From Scenedesmus sp. PABB004 (Eukaryota), in NCBI GenBank assembly GCA_014905635.1, contig JABVCE010000014.1:496001-560000 (forward strand): a stretch of DNA of 64,000 bases, in the 5' to 3' direction. Each line of letters begins with the position of its first letter. Within the stretch, counting starts at the first letter, position 1. Of this stretch, positions 1-12,392 are shown in pieces. Both the position numbers and the translations under genes were made by a program. The notes under the pieces were generated by a model. The model did no database searches. It was not told the DNA's origin and saw only the letters and a program-made list of their open reading frames with translations.

Positions 1-530
1 CGCGCAGAGCCGGATGACGCCGTGCACAAACTCCAGGTCGAGCACGCTGTCCCGCCCGCGCGCCCCCGTGACCGTCACGTTGCTGCGCGGGCGGCGGCGA
101 CGGCGGTGGCGGCGGCCCGCGCGTGAGCGCACGGCCGGCACCGCGGGAGCAGCAGCGGCAGCAGCGGCGCCCGCGCGCGCCGCCGGTGCCGACCGCCGGC
201 CGCGACGCGCTGCGGCGCCCGTTGGAGCTGGCGCGCTGCCCGCCGAGCCGGGTGCCAGCACGGGCGGCCCAGGGCTCGCGCTGCAGCTCGGGGGGCGGGC
301 TGCTGCCCCGCCTGCTCCACCGCGCACCGCGTGAGGTTGAAGGGCCCTCCGTGAAGGCCCCCGTGCCGGTAGGCGTCAAAATCCGCGCCGACGGCCTGGC
401 TGTCCACCGTGAGCAGCGCGGCGTCGCTCCGGAGCAGCCCGTCCGCGAACGAGCCCGCCGCCTCGCAGCGCGCCAGGCAGCTCAGCAGCAACAGCAGCAG
501 CACCGCCGCTGCGGCGGGCGGGGGCTTCAT
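1..530 (-). CDS. Secreted/receptor-like protein, 5' part only; resembles ectodomains of chlorophyte receptor-like (TKL) kinases
   Basis: ATG at 530, signal peptide MKPPPAAAAVLLLLLLSCLARCEA. Exon 530-328, GT-AG intron, then exon 82-1 joins to PFNLTR|NVTVTGARGRDSVLDLEFVHGVIRLCA. The family call is from memory and no kinase domain lies in the window. Confidence 0.55.
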
Positions 531-922
531 CGGTGCCGCATGTGCGCCGCCGCTGCAGCCGCTGCCGGGCTGGTGCCGCCGCCGCCACCGGGGACGCGTG
601 GCAGGCGCAGCGCGGCCGGGGTGGGCACGGTGTGAGTGGGCACGGCGTGGGCACGGGCGGGGGTGCGAGACCAAACCCACAGGGTTGTTGGGAGGGTCAC
701 AAAAGCGACGCTGCGTTGTGCCGCTCGCCCGCGCGCTCGGCCTGCTCGGCCCCTGATGCACACGCCTGATGCACAAAGCACTCCCCTCAGCGCTAGAGGA
801 CTAGAGGTACAACTCGGCGCTCCGCTCGCTCGCTCGCTCCCTAGTCACAGCGGCCGGCGCGCAGCGCGCGCGGCGCCGGCCGACGCGGCGGCCCGCGCGC
901 GCCCCCGGCGGCGGCGCCGCCC

Positions 923-2184
923 TCACTGCTGCTGCTGCCCCGGGCGCGCCTGCTCGGCCCAGTCGTGCTCGGGCGGGTACCAGCAGCGCGGCTCGACGCC
1001 CGTCGCCGCGTGCACGGCGCGCTCGAGGCCGCGGTAAAAGCCCAGCCCGTCGAGGGGCGCATTCCACCAGCCGCTCACGATCGCATAGTTGCCGTCAAAG
1101 TTGGGCTTGTGGTGCGCGCCGTGCGCGCGGCGGCCGATGAGCACGCCCGCGTCCTGCAGCGCGACGACGCCGGGGTGGAGCTCGCTCTTTTTCATGTGTG
1201 ACCACGCGTGAAACTGCTGGCTCATGCACACGAGGAAGAGGAAGCTCGGCAGGAACGCGTGCAGCCCGAGCGGCAGCCACGGAGAGACGGCGAGTATCGC
1301 GGCCGCGGGCGCGGCGGCGGGCTGGAAGACCTGCGCGGGCCGGCGCGGGGCGCGCTCGGCCGCGGGCGCTCGGCCGCGGGCGCGTGCGCGGCGGGCGCGT
1401 GCGCGGCGGGGCAAGCCAGGCGCCGGCGCGGCGCGGGCGCGGCGCGGCGGCGGCGCGCGCCTGGTGGACGTTGTTGCAGAACTCGCGCTGCGTGATGGTC
1501 CAGGGGCGCTGGTGGTGCCCCTGGAACGCCGCGATCTGGCGACCAAACACGGGCGTCGCGCCGTCGCCGTAGTTGTCAACCGCCCAGTGGTAGATCCCGG
1601 TGCCCTGCGGGGATTGGGCGCGCGCGCGCGGGGGCGTCGGCGCTGCGCGCGCCACGGCCGGCAGGGAGGGGCGTGGCGCGCGGGGGCTCACCAGGTCGGA
1701 GAGCACGTATGCCGCGAGCGCGGCGCCGAGCACCGTGCCCGCGTCGGCGGCGCTGTGCACGCCCGCCGCGGCGCCGCTGAGCGACGCGGCCATGAGCGCC
1801 ATCGTGCCAAACGTCCACGCCCTGCGCCGCGGCGGCGGGCGCACGCCCGGGCGGCGCGGCGTCGTCGAGGGGCGCGCACCGCTGCGGCGGCCGCTGCGCC
1901 GCGCTGCAATGCCGCCGCCGCCCGCGCCGCGCTGCGCCGCGCGCGCCCGCCGCGCTGCCCGCGTGCGCCCGCCGCGCTGCGCCGCGCGCGCGCCTGTGCT
2001 CGGGCGTGGACTTCAGGTTCTCGTTCTCATCGATCACCCACTTGCTGGCGCCGGCCTTGGCGGGCGCGGCGCCCGCGCTGCTGCTGCCGCTGCTGCTCGC
2101 GCCCGACGCGCCCAGCGTGCGCTCCAGCGCCGCCGCGGCCGCCTCCTCCTCCGCCAGCACGCGGCCGGCGGCGACGACCGGCAT
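923..2184 (-). CDS. FAD4: FAD4-type (TMEM189/Kua B domain) plastid delta3-trans fatty acid desaturase
   Basis: Spliced motifs GIYHWAVDNYGD, FQGHHQRPWTITQREFCNN, SQQFHAWSH, HGAHHKPNFDGNYAIVSGWWN, TGVEPRCW. Stop at 923-925. The start codon is uncertain and may lie further upstream. Confidence 0.9.
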
Positions 2185-2598
2185 GCCGCGCCCCGCGCGC
2201 CCCGACGGAGCGGCGGCCTGCAGCAGCGGCGGGGCGTCGGCGCGTGGGCAGGCGGGCGGGCAGGCGGGCCGGCACACGTCCGCGGGCAGCGGCGGCGTTT
2301 TCGGCGGGGGCGTTTTCGGCGGCGGGTTTGCGGTTTGGTGCGGAACGCAGTCCGGCATGCCGTCGTGCGTTCAATGCCTTCCGCGCGCGGGGGCTCGCGC
2401 GCCTGCCAGCTTGCACAGCTGGCACGCGGGCGCGAAAAATGCTCAGCCCAAGACAGACAAAACTCGGGCGCCCGCCCGCCACGCGGCGCACGACCGACCA
2501 CACGCGCTCGTTCGACTTTTGCTACAACCGCCGCCCGCGCTGCCGCTGCCGCTGCAGCTGCCCCGCCGCCGCTGGCTAGCCCGCGTGCTCCAGCGACC

Positions 2599-3646
2599 TC
2601 AGACCGCGCCCGTGAGCTTGCTGAGCACTGCGAGCACCGAGATGATCGCAATGATCCAAAGAAAGTAGTTGCTGCTCATGGCCTGCGGCCAGCGGCGGCG
2701 CGGCGCGCGCGCGCGGGGCTCAGGCGACAGCGCCGGGGCGCGCGCGCGTGCGCCCGCGCCGGCGCCGCCGCCCGAGCCCCGCCCGCGCGCACCGGCCGCT
2801 GCGGGCCGGCCCGCTGGGCTGGCGCTGCTGCTGCGAGGCTGCTGCTGCTGCGAGGCTGCTGCTGCGAGGCTGCCGCTGCGAGGCTGCCGCTGCGAGGCTG
2901 CCGCTGCGAGGCTGCCGCTGCGAGGCTGCTGCTGCGCCGGCCTTCACACCCACACACACGCACACGCAATCACGCAACCACGCAACCACGCGCAGCACAC
3001 GCGCAGCAGGGAAAACTGCCAGCAGGGGTGTGGCGCAGCGGAGACGCCCGGGCGGCGTGCAGCAGCCAGGGCGCGCGTGCGCCGGGGGACCTCGCTGGCC
3101 GCGCGCGTCGCCGTGTGTGGCTGGCGTGTGCGGGCGTGTGCGCTGGCGCCGCGAGCGGCGGCGGGCCCGGCGACGGCCGGGGGCGCGCCCGCCGCGCGCG
3201 CGGCGGCGCAAAGCAGCGCCGCGCGCACCTTGTTCTCCGCGCCGCCGAGGCCGTAGTACTCCTGGCGCAGGCGCTGCTTCATCTCCTTGGACAGGTTGTC
3301 CTTCTGCCGCAGCTGCGCGCGTCGGCGGGGGCGGGCGGCCGCTCAGCGCGCGGCCGGGGCGGGGGCGCGCGGCCAGGGGATTGCGCGGCCCCGCCCCGCC
3401 GCGCGCGCGCACCGCGGGGGGCAGCTGGTCGGCGTACAGCGCGCCCTCGGCCTTCTTCTCCTCGCCCGGCACCACCACTTCGCCCGAGTCCTCGCGGAAC
3501 TCGCGCACGGGCCGCGCGACGGGCTTCTCGCCCTCGCCCGCGCCCACGCGGCCGCCCAGCGGCCGCCGCACGCCGCCAGCGCGCCCGGACCGCAGGCGCG
3601 CGCCCGACGCGGCCGACGCGGCCGCGCTGCGGGGCGCGAGCTGCAT
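2599..3646 (-). CDS. Small plastid-targeted single-TM protein of unknown function
   Basis: Three exons: transit-like MQLAPRSAAASAASGARLR...REFREDSGEV, then DNLSKEMKQRLRQEYYGLGGAENK, then AMSSNYFLWIIAIISVLAVLSKLTGAV* with a C-terminal TM helix. Clean splice sites. Confidence 0.75.
2824..2935 (+). repeat. Intronic minisatellite, ~14-bp unit GCYGCTGCGAGGCT, about 7 copies
   Basis: Tandem units visible directly in the long intron of the preceding gene. Confidence 0.85.
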
Positions 3647-4590
3647 TTTTGCGGTGCTCCGGAGAGGTGGGTGCGCGGTGTGCGTCTGCGGTGTGCGTCT
3701 GCGGTGTGCGTCTGTGTGCGCAGCAGCGGCTGACGGCGCACGCTCGAGGGGAGAGGCGCGTGGTGGGCGGTGGGCGCTGCGGGCGAGGAGGTCCGCGTCG
3801 CATCATGTCACTCGTGCCCGCGGTTTTCCTCGAGCTGCAGCGTGCGGGCGCGCCGCCACGTCCGGAGATCGAGCCGGACGTCGAGCGCCGTGCTAGCGCT
3901 AGCTCTCTCGCGCCGACGCCCGGCCGCAGCGTGACCGAAACGTAGCCCCCGATCGCGGCTGCTGAGCAGGCGGCCATGCGTGCGTGAGGAGCGTCCCAGC
4001 GGCGAACGCCGTGCGCGGGCGCGGGCGCGGACGGGTCTACAAGCGGCGAGCAGCACGCCCGGTGAGCGGGAGGCGGGCCGGCCGGCGCAGCGGCCAGGGG
4101 GGCGGCGGGGTGAGGCGGGTCGCCTGCGCTCGCCGCTCCAGCGGGCCGCGGGCGGGACAACCTCCTAGGGCCAGCAGCGCACATGCCCTCGCTCTCGAGC
4201 CGCGCGCTGGAGGGCCGGGGCGCGCCGGACGGCGGGCCAGCAGCTTTTCAGCCTGCCCTGCGTCGCCCGGCGTGGCGCGGGCGACGTGCGAGGCACGCGG
4301 GCGCCGGCGCGCGCGCAGGTGCTGCGGACCATCGCACCGGTGCCCGCCGGCCGGCCCCGCGCCCGCCGCGCCGCCCGGGGCGCCGCCCGCGGCGGCTGGC
4401 GCGTGGGCCCGCCCCGCGCGCGGCGCGCCGCGGCCGGGGGGCGCTGGTCAGCAACCGCCGCGGCGGCGGGCGCGCGCCGTCGGCATCTCCTCATCTCACG
4501 CCGCCGCCGGCGCCGGCGGCGCTGCCGCCCGCCCGCCCGCCCCCTCACGCCCGCCCCGCCCGCCGGCGCCGCGCGCGCGCGCGCGCAGGC

Positions 4591-7500
4591 ATGGCGGCGC
4601 CCACGTTTGCGTGGACGGGCCCCGGCCGCGCCGGCGACGGCGGGCGCGTGCACTACGCCGCGTTCGCCTTTGCCGGCCAGCCCTACGCCGTGGGCGACTG
4701 CGTGCGGCTGCTGCCGGAGGAGGAGGGCGCGCCGCCGTACCTGGGGCGCCTGCTCGCGGCGTTCGAGCAGCCCGGCGCGCCCGAGCCCGAGCGCCTGCTC
4801 ATCGAGGCGCGCGCGGCGGCGGGCGCGGGGGCGGGGCGGCGCTGGCGGCCGGGCCCCCGCCCCGCGTGGCGCGGCCGCCGACCCCTTCGCGCGCGCCCGC
4901 CGCGCAGGTCCAGTGGCTCGAGCGCCCCTCCGCGGCGCCCGCGGGCGTCGCCGCGGCGATGCACGCGCGTGAGCTGCTGGCGAGCGACCTGACCGACACC
5001 AACTCCGTCGGCTGCCTCGACAGCAAGGCGCTCGTGGTCAAGGCCGGCTCGCACGCAGAGGTGCGTCGCCGCGCGCGCCGCGCCGCGCCGCGCCGCGCCG
5101 CGCTGCGCCGCGCCGCGCCGCCCCTCACGCCGCGCCGCCGCCCCGCCAGGCGCGCGCGCTGCTGCCGCACGGCGCCGACGCCGAGGGGGAGTGGTTCTTC
5201 TGCCGCGGCGTGCTGGAGGGCGACAGCCAGCGCTTCACGAGCTTCGCCGAGCTCGGTGCGGCGGCGGTCGCGGCCGCGCTCCCGCTCCCCGCCCTGCAGG
5301 CTGCTGCGTGGCCCGCGGCCGCGCGCCGCAGCGCGCCCCACCTGACCGCCCTTTGCCCGTGCCGCCGCCGCCGTCCCTGCGTCCCTGCGTCTCGCGCAGC
5401 CGCGCGCGCCGGCGAGCTTGGCAGCGCGCAGCCCGACGCGGCGCAGCAGCGCCGCCTGGAGCTGGCGGGCCTGCCCGACGGGCCCATCGCGGGGCGGGCG
5501 CCGGAGGGTGCCGCGTGCGATGCGGAGGCGGAGGCGGGCAAGGGCGCCGCCCCGGCGCGCGGCGACGGCGGCGGCGCCGCCGCCGGCGGGCCCGCCGCGA
5601 GCTGCGCCGCCAACAGCCGCAGCCGCCGCGCGGCCGCGGCGGCGCGCGTGGCGGCGGCCACGGCGGCCATGGGCCCGAGCGCCGCGCCCGCGGTGCGGGG
5701 CGTTCCGGGCAAGGTGTGCTGCGAGTGCGGCGCGACGCAGACGCCGCAGTGGCGCGAGGGCCCGCTCGGTGAGTGGCCGCGAGCGCCCGCGCGGCCGCGC
5801 CGCGCCGCCCGCCGCCGCCCGCCGCCGCCCGCCGCCGCCCGCCGCCCCGCCAACGACGAGCCTGCCCGACCGCCAGGCCCCAAGACGCTGTGCAACGCGT
5901 GCGGCGTGCGCTTCCAGCGCAGCCAGTCCAAAGCCAAGTCGAGCAAGCGCCAGGCCTCGGAGCGCGCGCGCGGCAGCCCGCTGCACATGCGCGGCCCCAA
6001 GGCCGCGTGCCCGGGCAAGGGCGCGAGCCCCGGCGCGGCGGCGGCCGCGGCGGCCGGCAGCGACGCCGCCGGCAAGGCCGCCGCTGGCGTGGAGCTCTGC
6101 GCGGCCGGCCCGCACGGCCACGCCACGCGCAGCGCGGGCAAGGGCGGCCGCGCCGGCGCGCGGTCGGCGCGCGGCGGCGGCGGCGCCGCCGCTGAGCCCG
6201 CGCTGCCGCGCAGCGGCCGCGGCGCAGCTGCGCCGCGCGCCAACGCCGGCGCAGCCGCTGCTGGCGGCGCTGTGCGCGCCGGCGGCGGGGCGGCGGCGGC
6301 GCGGGCGGGCAGTTTGAGGGGCTTCACTATTACGAGGACGAGGGCAGCCCGCCCAACATCAACACGCACATGCTGGAGGAGGCAGAGGACGATCAGGTGC
6401 GCGCGGGGGGCCGGGGCCGCATCAGCCGCGCACGCTTCGCGTGCCAGCGAGCGACCCTCGCCGCCCGCTCGTGGTGTCTGCACCGCGCGCGCGTGCCGCC
6501 TGACGCCCGCCGCGCCGCCGGCGCAGGCCCTGGTGGCGCACCCGCGCGGCGGGCACGCGCACGTGCGCGGGCACCTGCTGCCGGGCGCGCACGCGCACGG
6601 CGGCGAGCCCGCGCGCGGCTTGCTCGGCGGCGCCGCCGGCGCGACCGCCGCGGCGCACCTCGCGGTCTCGGCGGCGTTCTGCGGCAGCGTGATCGGCTCG
6701 CCGAGCGCGCTGCTGCTGAGCGAGCAGCTGCAGCCCGACGGCATGCCGCCGCTGCTCTCGCTCGACGACAAGCTGCCGCCCGCCGACGGCGGCCTGCTGG
6801 GCCTGCCCGGCGGCCCGCTCGGCGGGCACGACGCACTGTCGGACCACACGCACGCGCTCGACCCCGCCATGTCGCCGCTGCCGCGCGCGCCGCGGCACGC
6901 GCCGGCCGGCCGCCTCGGCGGCGGCGGCGGCGGCGCGGCGGCGTGCGCGTCGCCGGGGCGGCTGATCGCGGCGATGGTGCAGGGCCTGCGGCTGCCGGCG
7001 CCGCTCAACCTGAGCGCGCCGGCCGGCGGCGGCGGCGCGCACCTACACCGCCACGCGCGCGCGCAGTCGCCGCTGCTGCCCGGCGCGGGCCACGCGCACG
7101 GCGGCGCCGGCGGCGGCCTGAGCCAGGTCTCCAGCGGGCTGCACTACGCGCCGCTGCTGCCGGCGGCGGGCGGCATGCTGCCGGTGCATGGCAGCGGCGT
7201 CAGCAGCGGCGGCAGCGGCACCGCCACGACCACGCCCACCGGCCTGCGCAGCGGCGACTCGCAGACCGCGTCGGCGGCGGCGAGCAGCTGCGCCGAGCCC
7301 GGCGCGGGCGGCTGCGGCGGCGTGAGCAGCATGGTGCCCGCGGGCGGCGCCGGCGCCGGCGGCGGCGCGCTGCTCTCGGCGCTGCGCTCGCTCGTGTTCC
7401 GCGCCTCGCCATACACGCCCGACCTGGAGGGCCTGGCGGGGCTGTACCCCGGGCCGCCGTCGCCGCGGGGCATGGCGGCGCTCGTGGCGCAGCTGGAGGG

Positions 7501-8052
7501 CTTGCCCCAGGCGCCGCGCGCGCAGCTCGCGGCCGTGTCGGGCGTGGTCGAGGAGGCGCTGAGCAAGGCGAAGGCCGCCGACGCGGCGGTGCTCGCGGTC
7601 AGCCAGGTGCTGCTCGCAAAGCAGGCGGCCGCGGCCGAGGCGCGGCAGGAGGTCGAGGCCGCGCTGCTCCGGCTGCGCGCCGCGCTCGGCGGGCTCGGCC
7701 CCGCCGTCGCCGCGGCGGCCGCGGGGCACGGCGGCGGCGCCGCCGGCGGCAGCCCCGTCGCCGCCGACGCGCGCGGCGCCGGCGAGGCGGGCCGCCTCGG
7801 CTCGGGCGACTCTGGGCGGCTCGGCTCCGGCCGCCTCGGCAGCCCCGCGGGCAGCGGCGCGCTCGCGGCGCAGGGCCTGCTCGGCGCCGCGGGGCGGGGC
7901 GACGGCTTCGCCGAGCTCTGCGCGCCGGGCGGCCCCGCCGGCTTTGGCGGCGCGGCCGCGGCCGGCGGCGCGGCGGGCGGCGTCCTCCCGCGGACGCGTC
8001 GGACCCTGACGACCTCATTCAAGACCCGGAGGAGGCCGCGCGCGCCGACGCG

Positions 8053-8097
<45 letters not shown>

Positions 8098-8163
8098 CGG
8101 CGGCGGCGGCGCCGGTCAAGGTCGAGGCCGCGGCGCCTCTGCCGCCGGCGGCCCCAGCGGTGA
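4591..8163 (+). CDS. BAH domain + GATA zinc-finger transcription factor
   Basis: MAAPTFAW...YAVGDCVRLLPEEEGAPPYLGRL...VQWLERP...ARELLASDLTDTNSVGCLDSKALV...WFFCRG (BAH). CCECGATQTPQWREGPL|GPKTLCNACGVRF (GATA CX2CX18CX2C). The 3' end is uncertain because of an apparent frameshift near 7990. Confidence 0.85.
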
Positions 8164-9984
8164 AGCACGAGGCGGCGCCGCCGGCGCCGCAGAGCGCCAG
8201 CCCCAGCAGCAGCGAACCCTGCCTGGAGCGCGGCGGCGCCGCTGCGTTTGCCGCCGCGTCCGCGCAGGCCGCGGCGCCCCCGGCGCACGCGCGCGCCGAG
8301 GCGCCCGTGGCTGCGTGAGCCGCGGCCGCCGGCGGCCGCATAGCGTAGCTGCACTGCCTCCCGCACAGAACTTGGGCCGCGCGGGCCGGTGTGGTGTGGT
8401 GTGGCCCGCGCGCGCCGCCAGATTCTTGAACGGCCGCACGCCGCGCCGCGGCGCCGCGCGCGCCGCATTGACGACGAACCAATCGCGTCGCCGCGACCCG
8501 GACCGACGGGCGTGGTGGTGGAGGGGGGCGCGGCACGCGTATCTGCGGCTTGATTCGTGCAGGGGAGGGGAGGGGGCGTAGCTGACGCTGACGTAGACCT
8601 AGTCTGCTTGTGCGTTAGCGCAGGCCGCACGGGCGCGCCGGCGCTGGTGCAGCCCCCTGGGCGCCCACCCGCCGCCGGTCGGCCCGAACGCCTGCCCGCC
8701 AGCGCGCGCGTTCGCGCCCGCGCTCCTCCTCTCTTTGCACCGCACCGCACGAGCGAGGGGGCCGCGCCGCGCCCGCTGGGCCGGGCGCGCGGCCGCAGGC
8801 AGCCGGGGCCCCGCGGCCTCGGCGCTCCTGCAGCGGGAGGGTCTGGCGTGTGCATGCTGCTGCTGTCGATGTGCAGGCGCGGCGCAGGAGTTGGCGGGCA
8901 ATCAACCGCGCGCACGCACGCGCGCGGGTGGACTGCAGCGGCTGACATTGACGCGGGCCGCGCATGGTCTCTGCCCCTTGGCAGCGCATCGGTGACGCGA
9001 CGCGCCCGAGCGGGCGCCGAGCTGTACAGGCGCGCGGCGAGGCGAGGCGGCCGCGCGGCCGCAGTCGGGCGGGCGAGCGCCTGGCGGGCGGGCGGGCGGG
9101 CGGGCGGCACGAGAACGGCCGGCCGGGGCCGGCGGGTGGGCGGCGGCGGGGCGTCGCGGGCAGCCCCCGCGCGTCTGCTGCGGGCGCGGCGGGGTGTTTG
9201 GTCTCGGCGGGCGGGAGGGACGGTGCGCAGCTGGCGAAGAGTGCATGTCTGTCTGTGAGACTGCGCAGTCGCTCGCTCGCTCGCCGGGGTGCTTGAAGCT
9301 TGGTCGCGCTGGTGGTGGTGGTGGTCGGGCGACGCCGCCGGCAGGCGGCGCGCGTCGTGGTGGTCTTTTGTCTTCGTCGTTTGCCGGCAGCCAGCGCCCC
9401 CAGCGCTGCGCGCGCCGTTGACGCCCGCGCAGGGAGGCGTTCTTGCCCCCCGCGCGCGCCCCCAGCTTATCCTCGGACGTGCTGCGACGTGTGACCATAT
9501 TGTGAACTGCGTTGCACGTGGTGCTCGCTCAGGGGCGGGGGCCTGCATTTCTGTCGTGTGGGGCCGTGGTCCGCGGCGGCGACTGGGGCTTTGCGGTGGC
9601 GGGGGAATGCATCGTGCGGCAACCACCACCTGACCTGACCCGACGCGCGCGCCGCGTAGAGCAGGGCAAACGCCGCCGCCACCCGCGGCGGCGCAGCTGT
9701 CGGCGCGCGCAAACGCGAGGTTCTGAGCCGGCGGCGCAGCGCCGCGGCCGCGCCAGCGCTCGTCGCCCTCCCCGCGCGCGCCCGGCGCGCCGCAAGAAGC
9801 GGACACGCGAGCCCCGGGGCGCCCTGCCGCTCTCCGCCCGCGGGCAGCGAGGCGAGCAGGCGCAATGCGGGCAGCGCGCTCTCAACTGCCGCCGTCACGC
9901 GCGTCCTGAGCCAGTCTGCGCGGGCCAGCTCCGCCCCATCGACGCGCGCGGGCGGCAGCGGGGCAGCGCGCGGCAACAATCAAA

Positions 9985-12351
9985 ATGGCCGCGCCTCCGG
10001 GCGTGCACGCGGAGCTGGCGGCGCTGATCGAGTCGATATGCCCGCTGGAGGCACCCGCAGCCTCGGCGCCGGCCGCCGCTCGTGGCGGGAGCGGCGCAGC
10101 AGCGCGGAGCGGCGCTAATGCGCGGCGCGGCCGCTCGGCCTCGCCGGGCGCCCGGGTGCGGCGCCTGCGGCCGGCCCGGCATCTGGCGCACGCGGGGAGG
10201 GGCGGCGCGCGCCGCACGCGCGCCCGACGCGGGTCAACAACCGCGCTGCCGCCGCGCCGCCCGCAGGCGCCCGCGCCCGCGCCGGCGAGCGGCTCCCCCG
10301 CCAGGGCGGCGGCGCTGCAGGCGCTGGTCGCGCGTGAGCGCGCGCAGCTGGAGCGGCTGCGCGCGCGCCGGGCGCGGCAGCACGAGGAGCAGCTGGAGCG
10401 GGAGCGGCGGCAGGTGCCTGCGCTGTACCGCGCAGCCGCGGCCGCGGCGGCCGCGCAGCCGGCGGCGCAGTCGCCGCAGCGCGCGCAGCGGGCCGCGCCC
10501 AGCCCGGCGCGGGCGCGGAGCGCGCCCTCGCCCGCGCAGCGCGCGGGGCGCGTCGCCCGCGCTGCGGCCGGCTGTGGCTGCAGGGGGAATCGCGCGCGCG
10601 GCGCCGCGGCCGCCGCGCGACGCCAGCCCCGGCCCATCGGCGGCGGCCCCGGCAGCGAAGCCCGGTGACTACGAGAGGCCCTGGCGCCACAACATGCGGC
10701 CCGCGGGCACGGCGGCGGCGGAGCAGCAGGACGGCCCGGGCGGCCCCGCGGCGGCGGCGGCGGCGGCTGCAAGCCCCGCCGGCGCGGCAGCACGCCTGAA
10801 GGCTGCCGCGGCGGCCGTGGGCCAGCCGGTGGTGCCCCGCAGCCGCCGGCGAGACCCAGACGAACAGGCGGGGCTGCAGGTGGGGCGGCGGCCCCGACCC
10901 GGCCCAGGCGGGCCTGCGCCCCGCGCCGGCGGCTCACGCGCGTGCGCGCGCCGCCGCCGCGCGCTGTGCCGCGGCAGGCGCACATCAAGCGCCAGCTCCG
11001 CGAGCAGCGCCGCCGTGAGGCGGCGGAGCGCGCGGCGCAGGCGGAGGCCAAGGCGCGGCTGCAGCAGAGGGTGAAGGAGATTGCAGCGCAGCAGCGCGAG
11101 GTGCGGCCGCCCGCCGTGCGCCCCGCGGCGCGCCGGGGTTGCGCCGTTGCCGAGAGCCCCGCGCCTGCCGCCCGCCCGCTGCAGGCCGCGCGCCAGCACC
11201 AGCAGCGCCTGCACGCCGGCGAGGCGGCCGCATGGCAGCCGGAGCGGTCGTGGCACGGCGTGCAAACGCCGGAGGCGTCGGCGGCGTCCCTGGCGGCGGG
11301 TGGGGGCCCGTCTCAGCCGGCGGCGCAGCCGTGGCAGCAGGCGCTGGAGCCCACGGAGCTGGAGCAGCAGCGCGAGCAGCAGGCCGCGCTGCCGCCGCAC
11401 GCAGCAGGCGCGGCGGCCGCCCACGCGCTCGCCACGCTGCGGCAGCCCTGGCAGCTGGCCGCGGAGCAGCCGCCGCCGCAGCAGCGCCAGCGCCGCCACG
11501 CGGCGCCCGATGCGCCGGACAGCCGGCCCGCCGGCAGCCCCAAACGCATGCGGGTGCGCCGCCGGCGCTGCGCCGCCGGCGCCGCCGCCGCCGCGCGGGC
11601 TGCGCTCACGCCTGCCCGGCGATGGATGTGCGCCGCGCGCAGGACGTGTCGCCGGGCAAGGCCTTCCTGCAGGACAGGCAGGCCATGGTGGCCGCCAACA
11701 TGGCGGCCAAGCGGCAGTACGACGAGCGCCTGCGCGCGGCGGCCGCGGCCGCGGCCGCCGTGGCGGCGGCGGCGGGCGGCCGGCGCCGGGCGGCGGCGGC
11801 GGCGGGCTGGGCCGGCGCCGCGGCGGCGCCCGCGCCCGCTGCGGCGCTGGCGGCCAAGGCGGCGCGGCGCGGCGGCGCCGCCGGCGGTCGCAAGGCGCCG
11901 CGCGTGCCCGCGAGCAAGGCCGGGCCGCGCGGGGCGCAGCACAAGGTGGCGCCAGCGCAGCGCGGCAGCGGCTCGGACGCCTCTGATGAGGACGAGGCCA
12001 GCCCCGTGGCTCGCGACCAGCAGCCCGTCACTGCGCCGCAGCCGGCGACGGCCGTCGGGCAGTTCTGGGTGCGTTGGCCGCCGGCGGCGCCGGGTGCTGC
12101 GGGGCGCTGCGGCGCGCCGCCGGCGCCGCGCGCGCGCGCTGCGCCCGCGGTCACGCTGCCCCCGCGCGCGCCTGCGCCTCGTGCGCCCCGGCGCAGGTCG
12201 GCCAGCACCAGCGCGACAGCTGGATCGCCGAGCACGGTCCCCAGGTGGAGCAGCTCCGGCGGCAGGCCGCCGAGCTCTACCAGCGCGTGCGGGCGGTGTG
12301 CCAGACCGCGCTGCAGCAGAGGCAGCAGGCGCCGGCGCGCGCCCTGCTGCT

Positions 12352-12392
<41 letters not shown>

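Noticed and set aside
8560..9900. Intergenic ORFs between the GATA and CEP350-like genes
   Set aside because: No coding-like composition or domain; likely UTR or promoter DNA.
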